DNA of 64,000 nucleotides from an uncultured bacterium (lineage in GTDB: Bacteria > Verrucomicrobiota > Verrucomicrobiia > Verrucomicrobiales > DEV007): the NCBI GenBank assembly GCA_963977015.1, contig CAXBMO010000027.1, positions 1 to 64,000 of the forward strand. The letters are read 5' to 3'. The notes under the pieces are model-generated. The model saw nothing but the letters and a program-made list of their open reading frames with translations. It did no database searches and was not told the origin of the DNA. The translations under genes were made by a program, and so were the position numbers. Shown piece by piece: positions 30,123-39,580 of this stretch. Position 1 is the first letter of the stretch; every line of letters starts with the position of its first letter.

Positions 30123-33100
30123 ATGAGCACTGCTTCTCCCGCCTTCTCCGAGCGCAATTTGCGAGCGCTCCCCGCGCCGATTGTCGATAAACTGCGCGAC
30201 CTGATTGCGCGAGTCCGGCGCATCGCCATCACCAAGGGAGTTTTCGCGGTGATTGCCACTGCGCTGATCTCGCTGCTCACGATCATGGCGATCGATGCGA
30301 CGGTCACGATTTTTTCGAGCGCGGTGCGATGGTCGCTCACGATCGGAGCCCTCGTCGTGACTGCCGTCGCGGCCTGGTGGTGGGTGTTCCGACCCGCAAC
30401 GAAGCGGATTACCCTGACCAATATTGCGCGTTACGTCGAAACGAGGCATCCCGAGTTGCAGGAGACGATCTCCAGTTCGCTCGAGTTGTTGGCGAGCGAT
30501 GATCCCAACGAGATTCGGGGATCCGAAGAGCTGATTGGCGAAGTGGTGAAATCGGCGGTTCGCGACGTCGGCCAGGTTCGCAGCGAGGAAGAGTTCGATA
30601 CCAGGCCGATTCGCCGTGCAGCGATGGTGGCGATTTGCTTTGCCGGGCTGCTCGGTCTGATTTTTGTCATCTGGCCCAAACCCAGCACCACGTTGCTGAC
30701 GAGGGCGGTGGCGCCATTTCTCCAGGTCGGAAACGCCTACGCCGACACGCTTACCGTCAAGCCCGGACACATTCGGGTTCCGGCCGGAGAGGACGTTTCG
30801 ATCGAAGTCTCGATTCGTCACAAGCGCCTCAATCGCGCAACGGTGCGACGCCGCGACAATGAAGATGCGCCGGAGGGCGTCGAGCGGATGGACTTCCTGA
30901 GTGAGGACGATGATCACGTGCGAACCTTTGTCCGGACGTTTCCGAATGTGCAGAAGGACTTTCAGTACCGCGTTCATGCCGGTGCGGCTGTCAGCCAGTT
31001 CTACAACGTGGAGGTCGTCCCGCCTCCGATCATCGACACCCTGACGATTCGCTATGAATTCCCGGAATATACCAATCTGCCTCCGGTTGAAGGCATCACC
31101 GAAACCGGTGAAATCGTCGCGCTCGAAAATACGTTGGTGACCGTCACCGCCTTGACCAACCGGCCGATGGAAGCCGCCAATCTGTTGATCGGAACCGAGC
31201 CACAGGCCCAGCGCGATCGCGCTCCGGAGGATGATCCGCGTGAATTGACCTGGCGCTTTTTCCTGAAGCGCGATCAGGACGAAGAATGGCAGATCCAGCT
31301 CAAAGACGACTACGGCTTCGAGAATCAACCCATTTTCTACCGATTGCGTTCGGTTCGCGATCAGGCTCCGGAAATTACCCTGACTTCGCCGGAAGCCCGG
31401 CAACTGAAACTGCGACCAACCGAGTTTTTACCCATCAGCTACATAGCGAATGAAGATTTTGGGTTCAGCGCGGCAGAGTTGCTCGTCAAGATCGATGGTC
31501 GAGAGCCCGCCGAAGTGCTGCCTCAGACCCTCCCGAGCAAGAATGCGGAAGGTTGGGGAGGGAAAGCGCCGTTTGATCTTTCGAGCCTGGATTTGGAGCG
31601 CGCCCGGAGTCTGACCGTTCACGTTCGGCTCTCCGACAATCTCCCGAGTCACCTGAAGGGGGCTCAGAAAACAGTCAGCGAGGCGATCGAGATTCAGTTG
31701 GATCGAAATTCGAAGCCGTTGGTGGAGCAGATTTTTGAAGCTCAGGAAAAGGAAATTCGCCAAACGCTAGAGGAAGCAAAGCGTGATCTGCGTGAAGCGA
31801 AGAGCGACAACGATCAGTTGCAGCGTGAACTGGACAGGGAAAAGGAGCAGGTTTCACCCGAAGCGTTGGCCAAACTGGATGAGGCTCGCAAGGAGATGAT
31901 CGAAGCCGAGGAAAAGCTCCGGGAAATCAGCGCGAAAATGGAGGACACGGTCTTTAGCGAGCGAGCCAGGGAGATGGCAGAAATCGCGGAAGAGAATGTG
32001 AAGCCGGCACGCGAATCCGCCGAAGCCATTCCCCTGAGCGACGAACACGAGGAACGCAAGGCGGAGGCTGATCAGGTGGAAGAAGAGCTGGAAGCCGCGC
32101 TGGCGAATATCGACGAGGTGCTGAAAAACCTGGGTGAGAGCAAGGACGAGGTCGAGCAGGTTGCGGAATTGACGGAGTTGGCCAACGAGCAGCGCCGGTT
32201 GGCTCAGGAAGCGACGAAGCAGGTGCAGGAACAGGCCGCCGAAGACGCGCTGACCAATGCCGAGCAGCAGAGCAAAAACGCCGAGCAGCGGGCCCGGGAA
32301 ATGCAGGAATGGCAGAAACAGCAGGAGCGGGTCCAGGATGAATTGGGAGACATGCTTCGCGACGATCCGGAAGCTCTGCGCGAGGTGTTGGAGGCACAGA
32401 ATCAGCGAGCTGAGGAATTGGCGGAACGGGCCGAAACCCTGGCTGAGGAACAAGCGCAACTCAAAGCGGCCACGGAGCAGGCGGCCATGCCGGAAAATGC
32501 GGAGGCGTTGACCGAGGAGATCATGAAGCAGCTTCGAAAGGAACAGCAGCAGATCGCGAAACGCGCTGAAGATCTTCAACAACAGATGGCGACCGAGAAC
32601 CAATCGCTCGAGGAAGGCACGAAAGACGCCGAGAACGCGGCGAAGCAGTTGGAACGCAACAATTTGGATCGCGCCGAGGTTGCCGCGAATGAGGCGGCCG
32701 AGAACTTTGAACAGGTTGCAGACCAGGCTCAGCGTGAAGTTGCCCAGCAGGCGATTCAGGAAAAGGTTCAGGACGCGCTCGAACAGGCCGCTGAATCCAA
32801 AACGGGCCAGGTGCCAAATCCGGAAATGCAGGAAGGAATCGAGCAAGCCGCTCAAGCCGCTGCCGAGCAGTTGGCCAACGCTCCCCAACCCATGTCCGAG
32901 AGCCAAATGCAGGAAGCACTCCAGGAAGCTGCTCAAAACATGGCTCAAGCTCAGGCCGAGAATCCCGCCGCGACTCCCGAGCAATTGGCGCAAGCCGCTC
33001 AAGAAGCCTTCCAGGAACAAGCCCGGGAAGCCATGCAACAGGCTGCCCAGGAGGCGATGCAACAAGCCGCGCAAGAGTCCGGACAGCAGCCCAATTCGGA

Positions 33101-34364
33101 GATGCGAAAAGCGATGGAGCAAGCGGCTGAGGCGGCGGCTGAACAATTGGCGGGCGAGCCGATGTCATCCGGGCAATTTGAAGAGTTGATGGAAGCCGCC
33201 GCTGAGCAAATGGCGCAGGCTGGTGAGAATGCGACTTCCGAGCAAATGGCGCAAGCTGCTGAAGAGATGTTCGAGCAGGCGGCCGCGGCCCAGCCTCCGC
33301 AGGCACCGGCGGGAACCAATTTGGACGGCGAAGCTCAGCCATCGGCCGAGATGGCGGCGGAGTTGCAGGAGCTGGCTCAGCGTCAGGAAGCGGTTTCGGA
33401 AGCGCTGAACTCCATTCAGTCCGGACAATTGGAGGACGCGCTTGCCGCGATGCAGGAGGCGCTCTCTGCCGAATCACAAACGTTGGCCCAGGAAGCCGAG
33501 GCGCTGTCAAAGGCTGCGGAAGCGGCGGAGCAGGGACAGGCGCGCTATGATGCTCAACAGGCGGAGAACAGTTTCGAGCAAGCCATGAAACAGGCACAGT
33601 CCGCCTCGGAGCAACTTGCGAAAGCGCAGCAATCCCAGGACCAAAGTCAGGCTCAAGCGGCTCAACAAGCGGCCCAGGAAGCTGGACAACCGATGTCTTC
33701 GGAACAAGCGATGGCGCAGGCCCAACAAGGTGACCTGCCGCCGGCGCAACCCAGTTCTTCAGAGCAGAGTGCGTTGAAATCCGGGAGTCAGGCCCAGGCG
33801 CAAAGCCAGAAAGCGCTGGAGAAAGCCGCGCAGCAGTTAAGCAAGGCCGCCCAGCAACTCAGTGACAAGGCGAACGCGCTTTCTCCGTCTCAGGATCAGG
33901 GCGAGAGCCAGGTGATGGACTCGCAGGAACTGGCGCAAAGCTTTGAGCAGGTAAGCCAGGCGGCTCAGGCCCAGGATGCGGCTCAGGCTGCGTCTCAGGC
34001 CATGAATGCGGCGAACGCGCTTCAACAAATGGCTCAGCAGGCGGCTGAGAACATGGGTGCGATGAGTCAGGCTGCTGCGATGGCACCTCCGTCCCTCCAA
34101 AATGGTCAACCGGGAGAGCCGTCGATGGCGGCGGAATCGCAGGAACTTAACGAGAGCGGAGAAGCCGGGCCTGCCGTCGATGCGAGTGGAGTTCCGCCGG
34201 AGATGGCAAAACTGGGAATCAGCGCGGAAGACTGGGCGCGATTTCAGGGAACGCTGCAAAACGACATTACCAACCAACAGAGCGCCGGGGCACCGGAAGA
34301 GTATCAGGGACTCGTGAATCAGTATTTCCGGATTATCGCAAAGGAGGCGCGCCGCACCAAATGA
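30123..34364 (+). CDS. Large DUF4175-like membrane-anchored protein with a long Q/A/E-rich coiled coil
   Basis: Three N-terminal TM helices, VETRHPELQETISSSLEL, beta-rich domains, DQAPEI...EDFG, ~850 aa helical region, C-terminal PEEYQGLVNQYF. ATG at 30123 preferred. Confidence 0.75.
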   Translation: MSTASPAFSERNLRALPAPIVDKLRDLIARVRRIAITKGVFAVIATALISLLTIMAIDATVTIFSSAVRWSLTIGALVVTAVAAWWWVFRPATKRITLTNIARYVETRHPELQETISSSLELLASDDPNEIRGSEELIGEVVKSAVRDVGQVRSEEEFDTRPIRRAAMVAICFAGLLGLIFVIWPKPSTTLLTRAVAPFLQVGNAYADTLTVKPGHIRVPAGEDVSIEVSIRHKRLNRATVRRRDNEDAPEGVERMDFLSEDDDHVRTFVRTFPNVQKDFQYRVHAGAAVSQFYNVEVVPPPIIDTLTIRYEFPEYTNLPPVEGITETGEIVALENTLVTVTALTNRPMEAANLLIGTEPQAQRDRAPEDDPRELTWRFFLKRDQDEEWQIQLKDDYGFENQPIFYRLRSVRDQAPEITLTSPEARQLKLRPTEFLPISYIANEDFGFSAAELLVKIDGREPAEVLPQTLPSKNAEGWGGKAPFDLSSLDLERARSLTVHVRLSDNLPSHLKGAQKTVSEAIEIQLDRNSKPLVEQIFEAQEKEIRQTLEEAKRDLREAKSDNDQLQRELDREKEQVSPEALAKLDEARKEMIEAEEKLREISAKMEDTVFSERAREMAEIAEENVKPARESAEAIPLSDEHEERKAEADQVEEELEAALANIDEVLKNLGESKDEVEQVAELTELANEQRRLAQEATKQVQEQAAEDALTNAEQQSKNAEQRAREMQEWQKQQERVQDELGDMLRDDPEALREVLEAQNQRAEELAERAETLAEEQAQLKAATEQAAMPENAEALTEEIMKQLRKEQQQIAKRAEDLQQQMATENQSLEEGTKDAENAAKQLERNNLDRAEVAANEAAENFEQVADQAQREVAQQAIQEKVQDALEQAAESKTGQVPNPEMQEGIEQAAQAAAEQLANAPQPMSESQMQEALQEAAQNMAQAQAENPAATPEQLAQAAQEAFQEQAREAMQQAAQEAMQQAAQESGQQPNSEMRKAMEQAAEAAAEQLAGEPMSSGQFEELMEAAAEQMAQAGENATSEQMAQAAEEMFEQAAAAQPPQAPAGTNLDGEAQPSAEMAAELQELAQRQEAVSEALNSIQSGQLEDALAAMQEALSAESQTLAQEAEALSKAAEAAEQGQARYDAQQAENSFEQAMKQAQSASEQLAKAQQSQDQSQAQAAQQAAQEAGQPMSSEQAMAQAQQGDLPPAQPSSSEQSALKSGSQAQAQSQKALEKAAQQLSKAAQQLSDKANALSPSQDQGESQVMDSQELAQSFEQVSQAAQAQDAAQAASQAMNAANALQQMAQQAAENMGAMSQAAAMAPPSLQNGQPGEPSMAAESQELNESGEAGPAVDASGVPPEMAKLGISAEDWARFQGTLQNDITNQQSAGAPEEYQGLVNQYFRIIAKEARRTK

Positions 34365-35428
34365 GCCGAATCATCATTAGTTTTCTTGCCTTGGTCACGG
34401 CGTTTTCCGGACAAGTTCAGGCTCAGGGCGAGATTGCTCAGAACGTCTTTTCTCAATACCGCGCCGAAGTTGATAAAGCGACGGATGCCGGACTTGAGTA
34501 TCTCAAAAAGAATCAGCAAACCGAGGGGCATTTCCCGGGCCGACATGGCGATTCGACCGGGATCGTGGGATTGGTCGGAATGGCTTATCTTTCGAAAGGA
34601 CATATCCCGGGATTTGGCCCGTATGGCGAGACGATCGACCGCTGTATTGACTACGTTTTAAAGTATCAACAGAGCAACGGGCTCCTGGATCGGCGCGACA
34701 CTTCTGGGCATGGCCCCATGTATGCGCACAATATCGCGACGCTGTTTTTGTCCGAAGTCTCCGGGATGGTTGATCCGGAGCGGCAAGACAAGCTCGATCC
34801 TGTTTTGGCCAAGGCGACGGAACTCATCCTGCGAGCTCAGGCGGTGTCGAAGAGCAAAGCATTTGTTGGTGGCTGGAGATACAAGCCGGATTCCCGCGAT
34901 AGCGACCTCTCCTGCTCGGGATGGGCTCTCATGAGTTTGCGCTCGGCAAAGCTCAATGGAGCGCCAATCCCCGATGAAGCGATTCAGAGCGCCGTCGAAT
35001 ACGTATTTGCCCGCCACGACAAACGCTTGGGAACGTTTGGGTATACCGATACGCGTGGACACGCCGATTCTCTGACGGGGTGTGGTCTGTTGTGCCTCGA
35101 GCTGTGTGGATACCACGGTCACGAATCCACCTATAAAGCCGGGGAATATATCTTGAACAACTTTCGTAATCTGCCGCGGAGTTCCCACGAATATTATGGG
35201 AATTACTACAACGCTCAGGGCATGTTTCAGCTGGGTGGGAAATACTGGGAGAAGTATGCGGAATGGATGTATACCTACTATATTCCCAAGCAGAAACCGA
35301 CTGGCTCCTGGCACTCCCGTAGCCACGGAGAAATTTACGGCACGGCGATGATGGTTCTTTCGTTTACGGTTCCGTATCGGCAATTGCCGATCTATCAACG
35401 AGACGAGACTGTCGACGAAGAGAGCTAG
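34361..35428 (+). CDS. Exported prenyltransferase/squalene-oxidase-repeat (alpha/alpha toroid) protein
   Basis: Signal peptide; QW-like repeats (YLKKNQQTEGHF, YVLKYQQSNG, GGWRY, QKPTGSW); MYAHNIATLFLSE. ATGA overlap with the upstream gene. Confidence 0.85.
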   Translation: MSRIIISFLALVTAFSGQVQAQGEIAQNVFSQYRAEVDKATDAGLEYLKKNQQTEGHFPGRHGDSTGIVGLVGMAYLSKGHIPGFGPYGETIDRCIDYVLKYQQSNGLLDRRDTSGHGPMYAHNIATLFLSEVSGMVDPERQDKLDPVLAKATELILRAQAVSKSKAFVGGWRYKPDSRDSDLSCSGWALMSLRSAKLNGAPIPDEAIQSAVEYVFARHDKRLGTFGYTDTRGHADSLTGCGLLCLELCGYHGHESTYKAGEYILNNFRNLPRSSHEYYGNYYNAQGMFQLGGKYWEKYAEWMYTYYIPKQKPTGSWHSRSHGEIYGTAMMVLSFTVPYRQLPIYQRDETVDEES

Positions 35429-35628
35429 CGGAATTGTTTTCGGGTTTTGGCTCAGTTCATTCGCGTCATCTGTCCACTGACTTCCGGGCCGGCGTATTAG
35501 AAGCGGGTTGGAGAACCTTGATCAAGAGGGGAGTAAGCCGATGGTCGGTATATTATTTAATAAATATTGAATTTCTGGTTATTGTTATTATGTTTTGCTG
35601 TTTCTAGAGGTTTTCTAGAGCCGCTTTC

Positions 35629-37845
35629 ATGAAATCCTACCTCTTCACCTGCTCAAGCTGCGGAACGCAAATGGCGTTTACGGAGAATCAGGCTGGTTTG
35701 GTGGGGCCTTGTGGGGGATGTGGAATCAATATTGAAGCCCCTCTGCCGTTTCAATCGAAGTCGATACCAGTCGGAATTTCATCCAGCGAATCGGAGGAAT
35801 TGGAACGGAGAAGGGCGGAGGAGCCAAGTCTCGGGAAGTTGATCACCCCCCAGGGCAACTTTGTCGCGCTGAGAGGTGAATACATTCGCTTTGGTTCAAG
35901 CATCAACTGTGATGTCGTGATTGCCGATTGCTACGGAGTTTCCGACGAGCAATTTCGTCTCGCCGAGGATGATGATCGTCATATTCTCGTGAATCTTGCT
36001 CCCAACGAAAATCAGACTCGGGTGAATGCGATGGCGGTTTGTGAACGGCCGTTGAAGGATCAGGACGTCATTTTCGCGGGACAGCTTCGCCTGACGTATC
36101 GTGCTCCCACGATTGGTAAAGAGGAGCAGAAGGTGAAGGAGACGAATCGCCAGAGCTATGCCCGGGCGGCCATCATTGGTGCGATTGCGTTGCTGTTGGT
36201 GTTCGTTATTGCGGACTTTGCCGGAAGTCCTACTCCCGAAAGGAAGAAAACTCCGGAACGTTCTGCCCCGATCGTGATGCCTGGAAAGGAACCGAGGAAG
36301 CCAACGCCTCCTCCCGTTCGAACCGTGCCGCCTTCTCAGCCACTTCCCCCGCAGAATGCGGTTGCCGCGGCTTATCCGACAGTTTCACCCGGGTACACTC
36401 CTCCCGGTGTTGGTCCCAATGATAACAGTCTGCCCTACAACGTCGTTGCTGCTCCTGATCGTCAAATGGTTCAAAACGTCCGTCGATCGCAGGTTCATCA
36501 GGCGTCGTTTGATCATGTAACGCTTTACGAGGAGTCCGTCGTCAACCACTACGAGCAGGTCTTGGTCGATGCGTATCTCGCGAACGGCCACCGCAGTTGG
36601 AAGTGGGATCGAGAGGCAATCACGGCGTTGAATCTCTTCGCCAGGATCTATACGGGAGAAGGAGTTGCCTTCAGTCGGAGCGACTTTGCCGCCTTAAAGA
36701 GAGCGGTAACCCATTGTATCCAGGCAGGGTGCCGGGATGCGGCGATTCTCCATGCGAAAGAGCGAATTCAAAGCACGGAATACGGACTCATTGCGAAAGC
36801 CGGAGATCCGAGTCCATCGCCAACCTTGGATGAACAGGTTCTCGCGGCCTATCCTGCTGAAGTCCGGGCTCCTTCTTATCTTCATAAAATGAAGATGAGC
36901 GCGGGAAGTGAAGATAAGAAATCAAAGGAAGCCATCATGGCGGAGCTGATTGATAGCACGGCAGAATGGAATGTGAACACCAATGATCCTTATCTCTCTA
37001 CGGTGTATTGGGATCATGTAGAGCAGGCTACGATCGCCGCCGTAAATGTGATGGAAGGGAAGACGAAGTCGGTCGTTAACCGTTTTGACACGTCTTTCAA
37101 GATGCATTCCGTTCCGCAGGAGGTTCGCGATGTCTTTCGGACAGCGGTGCCGGTTTGGTTGGCGTGGAACGACCGGGCCGAGAAACCGGATGACGAAGAC
37201 GGCGATTTGGCGGAGCTGGGTTTGGCGAGAAACCGTCTGGAGCAATTTTGGGATAATGGGCTCCAGATGCCGATCGTTCCCGAATTGATGCTCAAAGTTG
37301 CCCTGATGTCTGGTGAGAAGGAACTCTTCAGCCTGTGGTATGATCGCTCTATCATGTTGAATCCCGAGGATCCAACCCCTTACCGGCTCAAGGCTGAGTT
37401 TCTCAGCCCCAGCAACTACGGTGATGTTGCTGAACTAACCGCCTTTGCCGACTCGCTGATTGACGAAATGGATTCGCCCAACCTCCCGTGGTTGGGGCTG
37501 GAAGTTTACGCCAAGCTCAATGGTATGATCGACAACGATTTTGCGAAGCGGACTGAGATCTGGAAGCGGGTTTCATCGACGTTCGACACATTCTTCAAAC
37601 GTTATCCCGATGCGCATTTTCGCAAAGCGCAGCGGGCCGCCATATCCTGGGAACTGGGATACGAAGAGGAAGCGCGCGAACAGCTGGAGGAGACGGGGCT
37701 CGATTACGCCGCTTTCACCATTAACTTCAAGCCTGAGTTGCTGGGCGAAGAGTCGCCCCATGAGCAAATGATGAAGGACGTGGAGGAGGCGGAATTCAGA
37801 AACCGATTGGAAGGCGCGATTCTGGGGGGTGGGAAAAGAGGCTAA
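35629..37845 (+). CDS. Zn-ribbon + FHA-like + TM + Pro-rich linker + DUF4034-like helical domain protein
   Basis: CSSC..CGGC; IRFGSSINCDVVI..VSDEQ..NQTRVN..LKDQDVIFAG; one TM helix; WLAWNDRA..LWYDRS..FLSPSNYG. Confidence 0.75.
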   Translation: MKSYLFTCSSCGTQMAFTENQAGLVGPCGGCGINIEAPLPFQSKSIPVGISSSESEELERRRAEEPSLGKLITPQGNFVALRGEYIRFGSSINCDVVIADCYGVSDEQFRLAEDDDRHILVNLAPNENQTRVNAMAVCERPLKDQDVIFAGQLRLTYRAPTIGKEEQKVKETNRQSYARAAIIGAIALLLVFVIADFAGSPTPERKKTPERSAPIVMPGKEPRKPTPPPVRTVPPSQPLPPQNAVAAAYPTVSPGYTPPGVGPNDNSLPYNVVAAPDRQMVQNVRRSQVHQASFDHVTLYEESVVNHYEQVLVDAYLANGHRSWKWDREAITALNLFARIYTGEGVAFSRSDFAALKRAVTHCIQAGCRDAAILHAKERIQSTEYGLIAKAGDPSPSPTLDEQVLAAYPAEVRAPSYLHKMKMSAGSEDKKSKEAIMAELIDSTAEWNVNTNDPYLSTVYWDHVEQATIAAVNVMEGKTKSVVNRFDTSFKMHSVPQEVRDVFRTAVPVWLAWNDRAEKPDDEDGDLAELGLARNRLEQFWDNGLQMPIVPELMLKVALMSGEKELFSLWYDRSIMLNPEDPTPYRLKAEFLSPSNYGDVAELTAFADSLIDEMDSPNLPWLGLEVYAKLNGMIDNDFAKRTEIWKRVSSTFDTFFKRYPDAHFRKAQRAAISWELGYEEEAREQLEETGLDYAAFTINFKPELLGEESPHEQMMKDVEEAEFRNRLEGAILGGGKRG

Positions 37846-37852
37846 CGCCGAT

Positions 37853-38257
37853 TCAGAGAGACGGTTGCTCGACACTGTCAATCTCCAGCAGAACTTCCCC
37901 CGTTCTGGGATCCAGGGCTCGCAGCGCATACGTCTCAAAATTGGGATCCGTGGCATAGCGCAAAAAATCGGGTTCTTCGCCGTCCAGCTTCCAGGTCTCC
38001 CGAGTCCATGGGTTGATGGGAAGTTCCTTGAGGAATCCAAAATCCGACAACACGCCAATCAGTTGGGATCCCGTCAATTCCTCCCGCGGAACGTAGCGCT
38101 CTTGATCCACGTGGTAGTCCTGCACGGCGGCCTGAATCTGGAGAAGCATCGTACGGGTTTGCTGTTCATGCCGAACCGACTGAACGCCCCGCAACAGCAG
38201 ACTTCCAAGGCCCAGAACGAGGGCCGCGAGAATCGAGATTCGGATCACCCAGTTCAT
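37853..38257 (-). CDS. Pseudopilin (GspG)-like hypothetical protein
   Basis: From MNWVIR: N-terminal hydrophobic helix, amphipathic QIQAAVQDYHVD, LPINPWT. ATGA overlap with the upstream gene. Confidence 0.65.
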   Translation of the reverse strand: MNWVIRISILAALVLGLGSLLLRGVQSVRHEQQTRTMLLQIQAAVQDYHVDQERYVPREELTGSQLIGVLSDFGFLKELPINPWTRETWKLDGEEPDFLRYATDPNFETYALRALDPRTGEVLLEIDSVEQPSL

Positions 38258-39570
38258 GATTTCAGCCAAGGATTCCAGATTTCGTAACCGAAATAGTAGA
38301 AGCAGGAAAGGAGGAGCAGGCCAAGGAGCCATGCATCCCGGCGATGAAAACCGTGGGGGTTCTTTTTGGTGAGGTCGAGCAGCAGGCCCGTTGGGCATCC
38401 GAACCGGCAATAGCCCATTGGGACAGCTGCCGAGAATGCAAGACTAACGACCGCCACGATGATCGTTGCCAGTCCGGCACCGCGTAGTGCCCACGCATCA
38501 AATGGCTCAATTCCGGCCAAATCGATTGGGAGTTTGAGGAAGACAACGGTCAATACCAGAACCAGGAGCAAACCGGGTAGGGCGAGAATTCCCCATTTTA
38601 CGTCAGGATTGAGCCGGGGTCTGCGGTTGGCGGGGACCAGTTTCATCAGCCATCGTTGCAGATGTCCGTGTGGGCAGATGTGGGTGCAATAGACGGGATG
38701 TCCCGTTGCCCAGGGAATGATGAAGGCGATCGCCGCCAGGAAGACTAGGCCGGGAAGCGTTCGCCAGGGAATGCCATGCTCCATCCAGCTGGAAATCAGC
38801 GATTGAGCGAGCAAATCGCCGGAAACGAGCCCGAGATAAATCACGATGGCGACGTGAATCCAGGTTTTGCGGCGTTGAATTCGGGGATTACGCCAAAATG
38901 CGAGCAGCAGACCCGCCAATGCCGTGAGAATCAGGGTGGCGTCCTGCCAGCGAAAGTTGAAGGAAGGGCCGGTCCGGTTGAGACCTTCCGCCTTGGCGGC
39001 GCGAAGGAAGACACTGTTTGCGACAGCCTCGCTGGTTCGCGTGGCGCCCGAGACGCCGAAAACCTTCTCCTGATTGGCCAGTTCGCTCCAGGTTTGGCCA
39101 TTCCAACGTTCCATAAAGAGATAATCCTTTGTCACGTCCTCAACGTGACTCGGTGTATCGTAACTGTGGCGGATGGAGAGCCCGAGAAGCGCATCGTTGG
39201 TATCGAACACCATCAGGACATCGCTGGGGCCGGAGTATCCATTGATGTCCCGGGAATGCGGCATGGTTCGAACCACATAGCCGATTTTCTTTTTCTTCTT
39301 GTTGTAGGCGTGAAATCCGCCGCGCGGACTCTTCACATCAACCATCAGCGTGTGGGTTTCCGGAAGAAACTCACGAACCTCTGAAGCAAGAATTGGGCGA
39401 TCGCCCTCGGCGGTGACGCGGAGGTGATGGGCGTGGATCATCCAGCCAATGCTCAGTGCCGCGCCCAGCCGGAACAGCATCGCCAGAGGAACCTGGATGG
39501 TCGGGCGAATGTTGCTTAAGCCGCGAAAAGAAATCCTCCGCTTGATCGACGAGCCCTTATTGCCGGCCAT
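38254..39570 (-). CDS. FMN-binding domain + membrane CxxxCP protein (NosR/NirI-like)
   Basis: GYSGP, flavinylation motif GVSGATRTS, TM helices, YCTHICPHG and YCRFGCPTG. Confidence 0.85.
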   Translation of the reverse strand: MAGNKGSSIKRRISFRGLSNIRPTIQVPLAMLFRLGAALSIGWMIHAHHLRVTAEGDRPILASEVREFLPETHTLMVDVKSPRGGFHAYNKKKKKIGYVVRTMPHSRDINGYSGPSDVLMVFDTNDALLGLSIRHSYDTPSHVEDVTKDYLFMERWNGQTWSELANQEKVFGVSGATRTSEAVANSVFLRAAKAEGLNRTGPSFNFRWQDATLILTALAGLLLAFWRNPRIQRRKTWIHVAIVIYLGLVSGDLLAQSLISSWMEHGIPWRTLPGLVFLAAIAFIIPWATGHPVYCTHICPHGHLQRWLMKLVPANRRPRLNPDVKWGILALPGLLLVLVLTVVFLKLPIDLAGIEPFDAWALRGAGLATIIVAVVSLAFSAAVPMGYCRFGCPTGLLLDLTKKNPHGFHRRDAWLLGLLLLSCFYYFGYEIWNPWLKS

Positions 39571-39580
39571 TGACGATCCT

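Noticed and set aside
30063-33597. Several 350-450 aa minus-strand ORFs
   Set aside because: Leu/Arg/Pro-rich mirror translations of the low-complexity Q/A/E gene.
34361-35428. Squalene-hopene cyclase / terpene biosynthetic cluster
   Set aside because: Single-domain length, signal peptide, no DxDD motif and no isoprenoid genes nearby.
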